From Candidatus Omnitrophota bacterium (lineage in GTDB: Bacteria > Omnitrophota > Gorgyraeia > Zapsychrales > Fredricksoniimonadaceae), in assembly GCA_015233675.1 (NCBI GenBank), contig JADFXH010000006.1:1285-65284 (forward strand): 64,000 bases of DNA, read 5' to 3'. The position numbers were made by a program, and so were the translations under genes. Numbering within the stretch: position 1 is the stretch's first letter; every line of letters starts with the position of its first letter. Positions 18,089-26,538 of this stretch are shown here, piece after piece. The notes under the pieces were generated by a model. That model did not search any database, was not told the DNA's origin, and saw nothing but the letters and a program-made list of their open reading frames with translations.

Positions 18089-19604
18089 GATAAAAATGGC
18101 TTAAATTAAATAAATAGGCTGCTGCTCCGTGGCTGGAGGAACTATCAAGCATTTGCCCTCCCGATGTTGATAAATAATGCAAAAAGTATTCCGCTTCATT
18201 CATTCCGTTGATTTGGCTGTCCCAGACATGTGAAAAAAGTATCCACACCCGTTTGGAACCATGCAGTTTATTTAAATCATTTACCCATTTTGAAGGCTGG
18301 TTTCTTGCTTTTTGCTCTTCGATATAGTTATTAAAAGAAAACCCGCGTATAAAATTATAATATTCAAATGCCGGGCGTGCCGCGTAATAAATAAAAAGGA
18401 CATCTCCCGGCTTTATATTTTTTTTGACATAAGACATAACAGTTCTAATCTCTTCATTGCCTTGGGGGGCCATAAATTCTTTAAAAGTAAAAAAGCAAGA
18501 ATCATAAAATAAAATTCCAGTTAATAAGAAGGCGGTGATGATTTTCCATCTTCCTGTTTTTAACGAGATCATCCCTATCCCTTTGGCAATCATCAGTAGG
18601 AATATCGGTACAAGGAACAACACTAATCTGCCTAAAAAGGGGTATATATGCAATCCGCAAGCCAATAAAACAAGCAATAAAGGAGACATAAGTATAAAAA
18701 ATATTCTTTTATCTTTTTTAAAAAAAGAGTAGCCGCCTAAAAAGAAAAATAATTTTGCAAACCTTAAATAGTGGGCCGTGCCCACAGGGTATCTAAAGGC
18801 ATCATTAAGAACTCTTAACCAGCTCCTATAATCCGTCAAGGAAATCATCCCGCTTTGCATGTCCTCGCCATAGGTAATATGCGTGAAATGATGCAGCAAG
18901 AAAATATAATATAAAATGAGCCCTATGGACCAATAAAGTACAATGACTCCCAATTTTAAGAGCTGAGACCGGTCCCTTTGAATGACGGAGAATAGCAAAA
19001 GGGGTATACAAATTCCATATAGAATAAATATGATGGGATAAGAAAACCAAATAATGATAGCCCCCAGCAACCCCAGACCTCCGGTTTGACTCCAATCTAA
19101 TTTTTTTAGACAGGGCTCGGCTATAACTACATATGAAAGCAATGCAAAAAAAACATCAGTGCCATAGGGTTTAACTTCCGATGAGAAATACACCAATGAA
19201 GGAGTAATAACGAAAGTAAATAGCGCCAAAGCGGCAAACTCAGCGTTCAGATAAATTCTTGCCCATCGGGAAAAAAGCCAAAGTGATATCAATCCGGCGA
19301 TGAGCGGATATAACCTCAGGACATATTCTCCTGTTCCCCCAAGGGAGAGGAACAATTTTTCAATGATCAAAAAACCAAACGGGGCGGCTTGATCGTGGGG
19401 TAAAGGCTGGTGCAAAAAACTGGAAACCGGCTGCTGAATGATGTCCAAAGAAACCATCGCTTCATCAAGCCAGAGAGAACGGTTAATTAAATATTGCCTT
19501 AAATATAAAATTATACCTAAGGCAGTAATAAGCCACGGGAAGATCGTTGAGGGGATAAGATTGTAAATATTCTTTAAATAATGGTTTTTCGCAGGATTAA
19601 ACAT
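18078..19604 (-). CDS. GT-C fold polytopic membrane glycosyltransferase (ArnT/PMT, GT39/GT83-like)
   Basis: 508 aa with more than ten hydrophobic segments and an early loop motif RSLWLDEAM (the D-E of GT-C enzymes). A soluble C-terminal region of about 100 aa. 11-nt overlap with the downstream rSAM gene. Confidence 0.6.
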   Translation of the reverse strand: MFNPAKNHYLKNIYNLIPSTIFPWLITALGIILYLRQYLINRSLWLDEAMVSLDIIQQPVSSFLHQPLPHDQAAPFGFLIIEKLFLSLGGTGEYVLRLYPLIAGLISLWLFSRWARIYLNAEFAALALFTFVITPSLVYFSSEVKPYGTDVFFALLSYVVIAEPCLKKLDWSQTGGLGLLGAIIIWFSYPIIFILYGICIPLLLFSVIQRDRSQLLKLGVIVLYWSIGLILYYIFLLHHFTHITYGEDMQSGMISLTDYRSWLRVLNDAFRYPVGTAHYLRFAKLFFFLGGYSFFKKDKRIFFILMSPLLLVLLACGLHIYPFLGRLVLFLVPIFLLMIAKGIGMISLKTGRWKIITAFLLTGILFYDSCFFTFKEFMAPQGNEEIRTVMSYVKKNIKPGDVLFIYYAARPAFEYYNFIRGFSFNNYIEEQKARNQPSKWVNDLNKLHGSKRVWILFSHVWDSQINGMNEAEYFLHYLSTSGGQMLDSSSSHGAAAYLFNLSHFYRDL

Positions 19605-19664
19605 ACTGACAAAATTTTATACCCGGAGCCAAATAAAGTCGAACCATAAATTTTAAGACCTTGT

Positions 19665-20708
19665 CTAAACAATAAGTTTGGGACATTGTTCATTTTTTAA
19701 TGCTGCCGCAATGGATTTCTTGCGCTTTAAGAGATGGGACGTATAAGTGCGCACAAGGCCCTGTGGATAGGGGAAAAGTCCGATGGATTTTTCGCGTCGG
19801 ATATTTTTTAGGTATTCTTTGACCAGCCCGATTTTAACAAGGGTGTTAAGGACCGGGAAATATTCTTGCTTTATTTGGTGTCGGAGAAAATAGTTTTTGA
19901 CGATATTGTTGGTGGTTTTGGCAGGTATATTAAAAAACAGGCAGGAAATGACCAAGCTTGCCAGGTCAGAAAGAACGTAATCTTCCCGGATGTGGGATAG
20001 ATCAAGGGTATAGACGGTTTCTTTATAAATGAGAAAGTTGGTTAAGTTGGCATTATTATGAAGTTTTTGGCGGGTAAATAAGGGTTGATGAAGCTGATAT
20101 GTTTGACAGGCATCTATCAGGGAGCCCTCAATCGTTTCTTTTTGCTCGTAAGGTGCCAAGGCGCGAGAATTTTGGGTAAGTATATTGATGGTTGCGGCAA
20201 GGCTTTCCTGTTTTGGGAAAGAAAGGCTCCTGGGGTGAGCAGACAGGATGGTTTTCAGGGAAAGCATGGCGGCATTGATTTTAGGAAAAATGTTTTGTTG
20301 TTTGATGCGCTGACACACCGGACGCCCGTCAATATAAGAATAGCAGGCGGCAAGACGGCCATTGCTGGGAGTAAACGGCCGGCCGAAAAGGCCCTCATGC
20401 ATTGTGGGAGTTAGAAAATGATGGCCGGCCAGAAGGCGGTTGGCGGCATATTCAATGGCGATGGATTTGGCTGAATCCGGCGGATAAAATTTAAGCGCGT
20501 ACTGGCCATGGGTCGTTGAGGCAAAGACAAAAAAATTGCTGTGGGAGACAATAATGCCTTTTTCTTTTTTATAATGCCGGAGTTTGCCGATTGAGAAGAA
20601 ACGGCAGATGCGTTTGATATCATCCCGTGATGGATCGAAGATCCTTTTATCTAACGATAAATTATCGACACCGCCAAAAATATCATCAGGGCTGTAGTTT
20701 ACAGGCAT
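19665..20708 (-). CDS. APH/choline-kinase/homoserine-kinase-II-like phosphotransferase fold, catalytic Asp replaced by Asn
   Basis: YALKFY (beta3 Lys) and IEYAANRLL (helix C Glu). LHNNANLTNFLI...YTLDLSHI occupies the place of HGDxxxxN...IDF. Confidence 0.5.
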   Translation of the reverse strand: MPVNYSPDDIFGGVDNLSLDKRIFDPSRDDIKRICRFFSIGKLRHYKKEKGIIVSHSNFFVFASTTHGQYALKFYPPDSAKSIAIEYAANRLLAGHHFLTPTMHEGLFGRPFTPSNGRLAACYSYIDGRPVCQRIKQQNIFPKINAAMLSLKTILSAHPRSLSFPKQESLAATINILTQNSRALAPYEQKETIEGSLIDACQTYQLHQPLFTRQKLHNNANLTNFLIYKETVYTLDLSHIREDYVLSDLASLVISCLFFNIPAKTTNNIVKNYFLRHQIKQEYFPVLNTLVKIGLVKEYLKNIRREKSIGLFPYPQGLVRTYTSHLLKRKKSIAAALKNEQCPKLIV

Positions 20709-20729
20709 TCCTTCCTTTTTGAATTTAAA

Positions 20730-21758
20730 CTATGAGCAGGCAGGGTCTCCCGGAGCAGTGCATCCATAGGTGATGGATATGCCGCAGGACATGCTGGGAG
20801 TGCCGGGATTTTGGCATCCGGATCCAACCACCACTGCTGACTTAATAGGCGGATTAGCGCATATTGTAAAACTTTGGTCATTTGTCGTTGTAACCCAACC
20901 GCCGCCTACGCCTACTGGGTTACAGTAACCTTCGGTGCAGGAGCTTGTGCTTGGGCAGCACCCTTTGGTGCTGCAGGTTGGAGCGGAGAAATTGGTGCTG
21001 GGCGGTGATCCGCACCCATTCATAATGGCAGCCACGGTGAACCGTAGTTCACAGGCATTTTGGGCAGAATTAAGGGAATAAGGAGGATTACAATACGCAT
21101 CGCACCAGCCGCCAGTACAATGTACGTTATCGGTAACAAAATTGTAATTCGTGTCTTGGTTTATGGGAGGGTTAGAAGGCGGTGTGGAGTTTCCGGTCTT
21201 GCAAAATGTAGTGGAATTTAGAAAAGTGACAAATCCCGTGCATTGGGGTTGGGGGCATGTATTGGGTGGGCATGCAGTAGCCGGCGGACAGCCGCAAAAA
21301 ACGGTATTATTAGAACCGCATTGATGCTGGTAAATGGGTGTGCCGTAATAGCAATTGTTTGCCTGTAGAGCTTGCCCAAGAGGTGATGACCCGCAGCCCA
21401 CATATGCCCAAGAGGTGCAACAGGCCGGATCAGGCACGCAGGAGGGCTGTGTCGACTGCAGTGCATCACATCCCGTTGGAGTGCAGGTAGTATCTATTTC
21501 ATCCTGAGTAGGGCCGCAATACGCGCCATGGCAGGCATTCGTGCTGTGTGTACAAACGCAGTTTGTGGTGATTGGCGGAACAACGTTTATAGGGGCTTGT
21601 TTTAGATGCTCTTCAAAAGAATCACGGGTGCCTTCATCCCATAGTTTAAAGTGAGCGTTGACAGAGCGCAGGACATAGGGACCCATGAAAACGACCCCTA
21701 AAATAACAAGGATGATAATTAAACAATATTCAATAATTGATTGACCGCGTTTGTTCAT
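20730..21758 (-). CDS. Cys-rich secreted protein with Flp / class III signal-peptide type prepilin N-terminus
   Basis: MNKRG/QSIIEYCLIIILVILGV matches the G-x4-EY motif plus hydrophobic helix. The remainder has 34 Cys in total, is rich in T/P/G/N/S and has few charged residues after about aa 70. There are three Y-C-[GN]-P motifs and several N-x-S/T sequons. Confidence 0.6.
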   Translation of the reverse strand: MNKRGQSIIEYCLIIILVILGVVFMGPYVLRSVNAHFKLWDEGTRDSFEEHLKQAPINVVPPITTNCVCTHSTNACHGAYCGPTQDEIDTTCTPTGCDALQSTQPSCVPDPACCTSWAYVGCGSSPLGQALQANNCYYGTPIYQHQCGSNNTVFCGCPPATACPPNTCPQPQCTGFVTFLNSTTFCKTGNSTPPSNPPINQDTNYNFVTDNVHCTGGWCDAYCNPPYSLNSAQNACELRFTVAAIMNGCGSPPSTNFSAPTCSTKGCCPSTSSCTEGYCNPVGVGGGWVTTTNDQSFTICANPPIKSAVVVGSGCQNPGTPSMSCGISITYGCTAPGDPACS

Positions 21759-21907
21759 AAATTCATTACCTATATAAACAAAGTATACCCGAGAAATAGT
21801 GCCTGTGCAACTGCTGTTCGATAAAAAACTTTAAGGAAGTCTGTTATAGGCGGGCCTTTTTGTTTATGGTATAGTAATATTAAATTCTAAACCAACGGAG
21901 ATCGGTT

Positions 21908-22741
21908 ATGGGGTTTCAATTTAAAAGTATTAATATCGTGAATCCGGCAACTTTTGAGGGGGCGGTCGTTTATGCTCTTATTCTTTTAATCTGCGCCGCG
22001 CTTCTTAATCGCATGCTGCGTATGGGCGTTGACCGGGCTCTTGCCCGCGGTTCGCGTGTTCATATTGACCGCACCAGGGTCAAGTTTATATCCCAGTTAG
22101 CGCAGATTGTCGTCTATATTGTTACGTTTTTTGTTTATGCCCGCCTTATACCGGCTTTGTCTAATTTGGGGAATGCCGGACTTGCCAGCGTCGGAGTCCT
22201 GTCAGTTGTCGCGGGTCTGGCAGCGCAAAATACTTTAGGGAATCTCATTGCCGGCATATCCCTGTTGCTTTACCGCCCTTTTAATGTCGGGGATCGTCTT
22301 CAGATCCCGGCACCTACGGGCCTGGAAACCGGGGAGATCGAGAGTTTGAGCCTTGGCTACACTATCATCAGGACGGATGACAATCGCCGCGTAGTTGTTC
22401 CCAACAGCATCATGGCCAGTCAAACAACGATAAATTTAACAAGGGATGATTCAAGAGCAATCTGTTCGGTTGCTGTGCTTATAAGCCATGATTCAAATAT
22501 TGATCAAGCGCGGGCTATTCTTTTTGAAATTGCCGGCAGTAATCCGAAAACACGGAAAATTTGCGGCTGTCCTGTGACATATTTGGATGGTTCAGGTGTT
22601 GAGCTTACTTTAAGTGTTTGGTGTGTTGACAGCATTATTGCGGGGGCTTTGAAATGTGAATTGCTGGAAGAGATCAAGAGGCGTTTCTCAGCCAGTGGGA
22701 TTAAAATCACCAGCAAATCTGCTTTTTTCAATGGCTTTTAA
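21908..22741 (+). CDS. mscS: Small-conductance mechanosensitive channel (MscS family)
   Basis: TM helices followed by GNLIAGISLLLYRPFNVGDRLQI, the MscS signature. The 3' end overlaps the convergent pilT by 54 nt. Confidence 0.85.
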   Translation: MGFQFKSINIVNPATFEGAVVYALILLICAALLNRMLRMGVDRALARGSRVHIDRTRVKFISQLAQIVVYIVTFFVYARLIPALSNLGNAGLASVGVLSVVAGLAAQNTLGNLIAGISLLLYRPFNVGDRLQIPAPTGLETGEIESLSLGYTIIRTDDNRRVVVPNSIMASQTTINLTRDDSRAICSVAVLISHDSNIDQARAILFEIAGSNPKTRKICGCPVTYLDGSGVELTLSVWCVDSIIAGALKCELLEEIKRRFSASGIKITSKSAFFNGF

Positions 22742-23752
22742 AAAAGCCTCTTCTTTAGTTACTTTTTGGGCTTTGACTAATTCCATTAAAGAATCATCCA
22801 TAAGGACCATTCCCATTGCCTGGTTGGTCTGGATTTCGCTGGTTAAGCGCATGCTTTCCCCTGTCTGTATAATATTTCCCAGCGCCTGATTACGGATGAG
22901 GATTTCATAGGCAGCCCATCGGCGCGTTTTGTCCGCGCTTGGCAGAAGCTGTTGGGCAATAATTGCCTTTAGGTTGTTGGCCAATACGGTACGGATTTGG
23001 TTTTTGTGACTTTGGGGAAAGGTGTCGATGATACGGTCAATGGTTTTCGCCGCGGAATTGGTATGTAAGGTTGCGAAAACCAGAATTCCCATTTCACTGG
23101 CAGTTAAAGCTAATTCCATGGTTTCCCGATCCCGCATTTCTCCTACCAAAATTATATTAGCGTCGCTTTTGATGGCCGTGCGAAGGCCGGTTGCAAAGGA
23201 TAGGGTGTCTTTGCCCACTTCCCTATGAGAGATAAGCGATTTTTTATTAGTATGAATGAACTCTACCGGCTCTTCGATAGTAATGATCTTTTGGGAGAAA
23301 TAGGTATTGATATAATCAATGATGGCCGCAAGGGTAGTCGATTTCCCGCTTCCTGTCGGGCCAGTGACCAGCACCAATCCTGAACGCCATTTTGCAAAAT
23401 TTTTGATGTGGGCTGGCAAATCCAAATCCTCAATTGAACGTATTTGGGAGGGGATCAAGCGAAAAACCGCACCCAATCCAAAAAAATGCCGGAAATAATT
23501 AGCCCTGAAACGTGCTTGCCCATCCAAAGCATAGGCAAAATCCAGATCGCCCTGCGCCTCAAATTTTTGCCAATCTTCTTTTGGGGTAAGAGGGCTAAGC
23601 AGGGCAGTCATTCTTTCACGGGTGAGAGTCTCGTCGCCTGTCTCCACTAATTGGCCGTTAATGCGGATTTTAGGCTTCTGGCCTTCTTCGAGGTGCAGGT
23701 CAGAGCCTTTTTTGTTGATTAAGATATTAAATAATTGATCGATTTCAGCCAT
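22688..23752 (-). CDS. pilT: Type IV pilus retraction ATPase PilT
   Basis: GSDLHL, Walker A GPTGSGKSTTLAA, ILVGEMRD, TGHLV-like LVFATLHT. Start taken at MAEIDQLFNIL (ATG 23752), 4 nt after the upstream stop; ORF-track start is 23806. Confidence 0.85.
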   Translation of the reverse strand: MAEIDQLFNILINKKGSDLHLEEGQKPKIRINGQLVETGDETLTRERMTALLSPLTPKEDWQKFEAQGDLDFAYALDGQARFRANYFRHFFGLGAVFRLIPSQIRSIEDLDLPAHIKNFAKWRSGLVLVTGPTGSGKSTTLAAIIDYINTYFSQKIITIEEPVEFIHTNKKSLISHREVGKDTLSFATGLRTAIKSDANIILVGEMRDRETMELALTASEMGILVFATLHTNSAAKTIDRIIDTFPQSHKNQIRTVLANNLKAIIAQQLLPSADKTRRWAAYEILIRNQALGNIIQTGESMRLTSEIQTNQAMGMVLMDDSLMELVKAQKVTKEEAFLKAIEKSRFAGDFNPTG

Positions 23753-23756
23753 TGTT

Positions 23757-24926
23757 TTAATGTGTGATTGATTGTGCCATGCTTGCCGGGTTAGTTGCGC
23801 GCCCACAGGCTTCTTCTTTTGATATTAGGCCTTTATTGGCCAAGATTTCCAGGGAATTATCCATTAATATCATACCGTTAGCTTTATTGGTGATAATGGT
23901 ATTGTCGATTTGGCCGGTCTTTCCTGCACGGATAAGGCTGGCCACAGCAGGGGTGACGATCAAAACTTCATAGGCCGCAACCATGCCTCTGCCGTCTTTT
24001 TTAGGGATTAATTGCTGGCAGATAACTCCACGCAGGGATTCCGAGATCATATTGCGGATGATTGACCGTTCTTCCGCAGGGAAGGAATTAACGACACGTG
24101 AAATGGTTTGGGCCGCGTTGATGGTATTCATGGTGCCGAAAACCAAATGACCTGTTTCAGCGGCAGTTACCGCTAATTGAATAGTGCCCAAATCCCGCAA
24201 CTCACTGACTACCAGAATGTCAGGGTCTTCGCGCAAGGCCGAGCGTAAGGCATTAGATTGAGAAAGGGTATGGGTGTTGATTTCCCTTTGGGTGATTTGG
24301 CATTTTTTAGGTTCATAGACGATTTCAATAGGTTCTTCAATGCTTATGATATGGTCATGCCGTTTTTGGTTTATCATCTCAACTAAAACTGCCAGAGTAG
24401 TGGTTTTTCCGCAGCCCGCCGGTCCGGTAATTAATACCATGCCCTGCGCCCATTTGGTCAGACCGGCACATGAATCAGGCATGCCGGTGTTTTCAAATTT
24501 TGGAATTTCCGTGGGGATTAGCCTTGCGGTCAAATCCCAGCCATTACGCTGTTTTATGAGGGCCATGCGAAAACGGCCGTAGCCGTTGATGGTGTAAACG
24601 TATTCGGCATCTGAGGTTTGTTCAAAAATATCAGTGAATCCTTTAGGTATTGCGGTGGAAATAATTTGTATTATCTGGTCTGCGTTTAAGATTTCGGCGG
24701 TGATATTTTTAAGCCGGCCGAATTGGCGGAATATAACAGGTTTTAAGGCACCTAAATGCACGTCGCTGGCTTGCTCATGGCGCGCGAAAATAAGGATCTC
24801 GTCTAATGAGCTGGCCGGACCTATTTGAGAGGGGACCGGCAGTTGGGCAGGACCGTGGCCGGTCATGCCGGTAAAATCCACCGGCAGGAAAACGGGTTCT
24901 TTGTCATTAGCATTTTTGGTGAACAT
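23757..24926 (-). CDS. PilT/PilU-family type IV pilus ATPase (second copy)
   Basis: ASDVHL, Walker A GPAGCGKTTTLAV, ILVVSELRD, TGHLVFGTMNT. Confidence 0.85.
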   Translation of the reverse strand: MFTKNANDKEPVFLPVDFTGMTGHGPAQLPVPSQIGPASSLDEILIFARHEQASDVHLGALKPVIFRQFGRLKNITAEILNADQIIQIISTAIPKGFTDIFEQTSDAEYVYTINGYGRFRMALIKQRNGWDLTARLIPTEIPKFENTGMPDSCAGLTKWAQGMVLITGPAGCGKTTTLAVLVEMINQKRHDHIISIEEPIEIVYEPKKCQITQREINTHTLSQSNALRSALREDPDILVVSELRDLGTIQLAVTAAETGHLVFGTMNTINAAQTISRVVNSFPAEERSIIRNMISESLRGVICQQLIPKKDGRGMVAAYEVLIVTPAVASLIRAGKTGQIDNTIITNKANGMILMDNSLEILANKGLISKEEACGRATNPASMAQSITH

Positions 24927-25067
24927 GGTTTTGTATTATACGAAGGCCGGATAGGATAAACAAGCAAAGAAAAATTTTTTAAAAAATAAATAACTTTAGT
25001 ATGGACAAATCCATCTTTATGTTAAAATACAAGAAAATTTAAACAACATATCGTTTTGTTCGATAAT

Positions 25068-25190
25068 GTTTAGCGCGTAGAGAGAACGGCGTCATTCTGA
25101 GGAGCGATGGCGACGAAGGATCTTAAGACGTCTTAAGATCCTTCGCCCTTCGGGCTCAGGATGACAATACCGTCTTTCTGCTCGCTAAAC
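25068..25190. mobile_element. MITE-like palindromic repeat, full-length copy (GTTTAGCG...CGCTAAAC termini)
   Basis: 123 bp with imperfect ~61-nt inverted arms around a perfect 24-bp palindrome, ggatcttaagacgtcttaagatcc (25118..25141). A 35-nt segment (25131..25165) is identical in reverse complement to 55834..55868. Confidence 0.6.
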
Positions 25191-25211
25191 AAATACAATT
25201 AGGAGGGTGCT

Positions 25212-25691
25212 GTGTTATTACGATTATTATGTATTTTGGTTTTGGCTGTAAGTTTTAGCGGTTGTGCTTCTACTCAAATGAAGACTAAAAATGAACAAAT
25301 GGAAACGCGCATGACCGAACTTGAGAAAAATCTCCAGGCCAAGGATGCGGAGATTGTGGATTTGCAATATCAAGTTAAGGACCTCTCTAGTAAGGTAGAC
25401 ACCTCTAAACCCGTTGAATCTGACCAGGTCTCCAAAGAGTCCGCGGACCAGGCTGAGTCAGTAAAGCTTTCCGGGGCTTCTGATAATTCTCAGATCATCC
25501 GTGTTAAGGTCAGTCCTGAAAAAATTCAAAGAGCCCTTAAATCTGCCGGTGTTTATACAGGCAAAGTAGATGGTAAGATAGGGGCAGGGACCAAACAGGC
25601 GATCATAGAATTTCAGAAAAGCCACGGCCTTAAAGCCGACGGAGTGTTAGGTAAGAAAACCTGGGAAGAATTGAAAGTGTTTTTAAAATAG
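25212..25691 (+). CDS. Lipoprotein with C-terminal peptidoglycan-binding (PG_binding_1-like) domain
   Basis: Signal peptide with lipobox SFSGC. C-terminal LKSAGVYTGKVDGKIGAGTKQAIIEFQKSHGLKADGVLGKKTWEEL. GTG start. Confidence 0.7.
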   Translation: MLLRLLCILVLAVSFSGCASTQMKTKNEQMETRMTELEKNLQAKDAEIVDLQYQVKDLSSKVDTSKPVESDQVSKESADQAESVKLSGASDNSQIIRVKVSPEKIQRALKSAGVYTGKVDGKIGAGTKQAIIEFQKSHGLKADGVLGKKTWEELKVFLK

Positions 25692-25725
25692 CCGCTGTTG
25701 TCAAATCGGCATTTATTATTTTATC

Positions 25726-25764
25726 AAACGGCTGAAGGGAGACTAACCCTCCAGCCGTTTTTTA
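25726..25764 (+). terminator. Rho-independent terminator
   Basis: aaacggctg (25726..25734) pairs with cagccgttt (25752..25760), with inner ggg/ccc pairs, followed by a T-run. Confidence 0.6.
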
Positions 25765-25908
25765 TTGATTTGACGGGGAGGCAATCTCAACATAAACGGG
25801 TTAAAATTCTTTTTTAACTTGAAATAAAAAGCTGTGGTACAATGGCGTCTTGTTGCCGGATTGTGCAAGAATTTTGACATAACCTTTTTAGAAGAAAGGG
25901 AATTTTTG

Positions 25909-26538
25909 ATGAATATTACACAACAGTCGGATAATCTCCGGGCACATATAGCCGGGCATGCTAAAGATTTTAAATTGTCCTGGATACAGTTAGGACAAGG
26001 CCTTTACAGCGTTTGGCGTGATAAGTTGTATCAATCCTGGGAATTTGAAAAATTTGAAGATTATGTGACCCGGGAATTGGGGTTAAAAAAACCGCTGGCC
26101 CTAAAACTTGTGAAGACATATTTTTTCGTCGAGCAGGATGAGCCGGTTTATTTAAAAAAGGAATTTGCGGAAGTCAGAGAAACGGTCAATATCCCGGGTT
26201 ATGAAGGCCTTGATGTGTTGCGTTTGGCCCGTGCCCGCAAGGAATTGACCCGTGAGGACTACAGCAAATTGCGTAAAGATATTTTTGAGAAAGGCAAGGA
26301 GGCTTCCTTAGTCAGGAAGGATTTGACCGCGATCATCAAAGAGCGCAAAAAAGTCGATCCCGAGCAGGCACGCGAGGCGCGTCATGAACAAAGCGTTCGC
26401 CGTCTGGTTGCTGCTTTAAGAAGTTTTAAGAAAGACATGGAAACTTTGAAATTAGCCGAGCCTGATATCATCGAAGAGGCCGAAGAATTGCTTAAGCGTC
26501 TTGAAGAACAGCATTCACATGACCCCAAAGCCCATTGA
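25909..26538 (+). CDS. Hypothetical protein, charged/coiled-coil C-terminus
   Basis: ORF with plausible ATG 25909 after gaaaggg. No family recognised. Confidence 0.4.
   Translation: MNITQQSDNLRAHIAGHAKDFKLSWIQLGQGLYSVWRDKLYQSWEFEKFEDYVTRELGLKKPLALKLVKTYFFVEQDEPVYLKKEFAEVRETVNIPGYEGLDVLRLARARKELTREDYSKLRKDIFEKGKEASLVRKDLTAIIKERKKVDPEQAREARHEQSVRRLVAALRSFKKDMETLKLAEPDIIEEAEELLKRLEEQHSHDPKAH

Noticed and set aside
18078-19604. Markedly AT-rich gene as evidence of horizontal acquisition
   Set aside because: The protein is a polytopic membrane protein rich in F/I/L/Y/K/N, whose codons are AT-rich. Without computed genome-wide statistics the shift cannot be separated from amino-acid composition.
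22688-22741. 54-nt convergent overlap of the mscS and pilT 3' ends as a possible antisense regulatory arrangement
   Set aside because: Both C-terminal tails are non-conserved extensions. The overlap may just reflect late stop codons in a compact genome, and there is no additional structure or motif to support a function.
25068-25190. Interpreting the palindrome simply as a bidirectional terminator between pilT and the lipoprotein gene
   Set aside because: The flanking genes are divergent, so no terminator is needed here. The same sequence recurs at two other loci, so a repeat-family explanation fits better.
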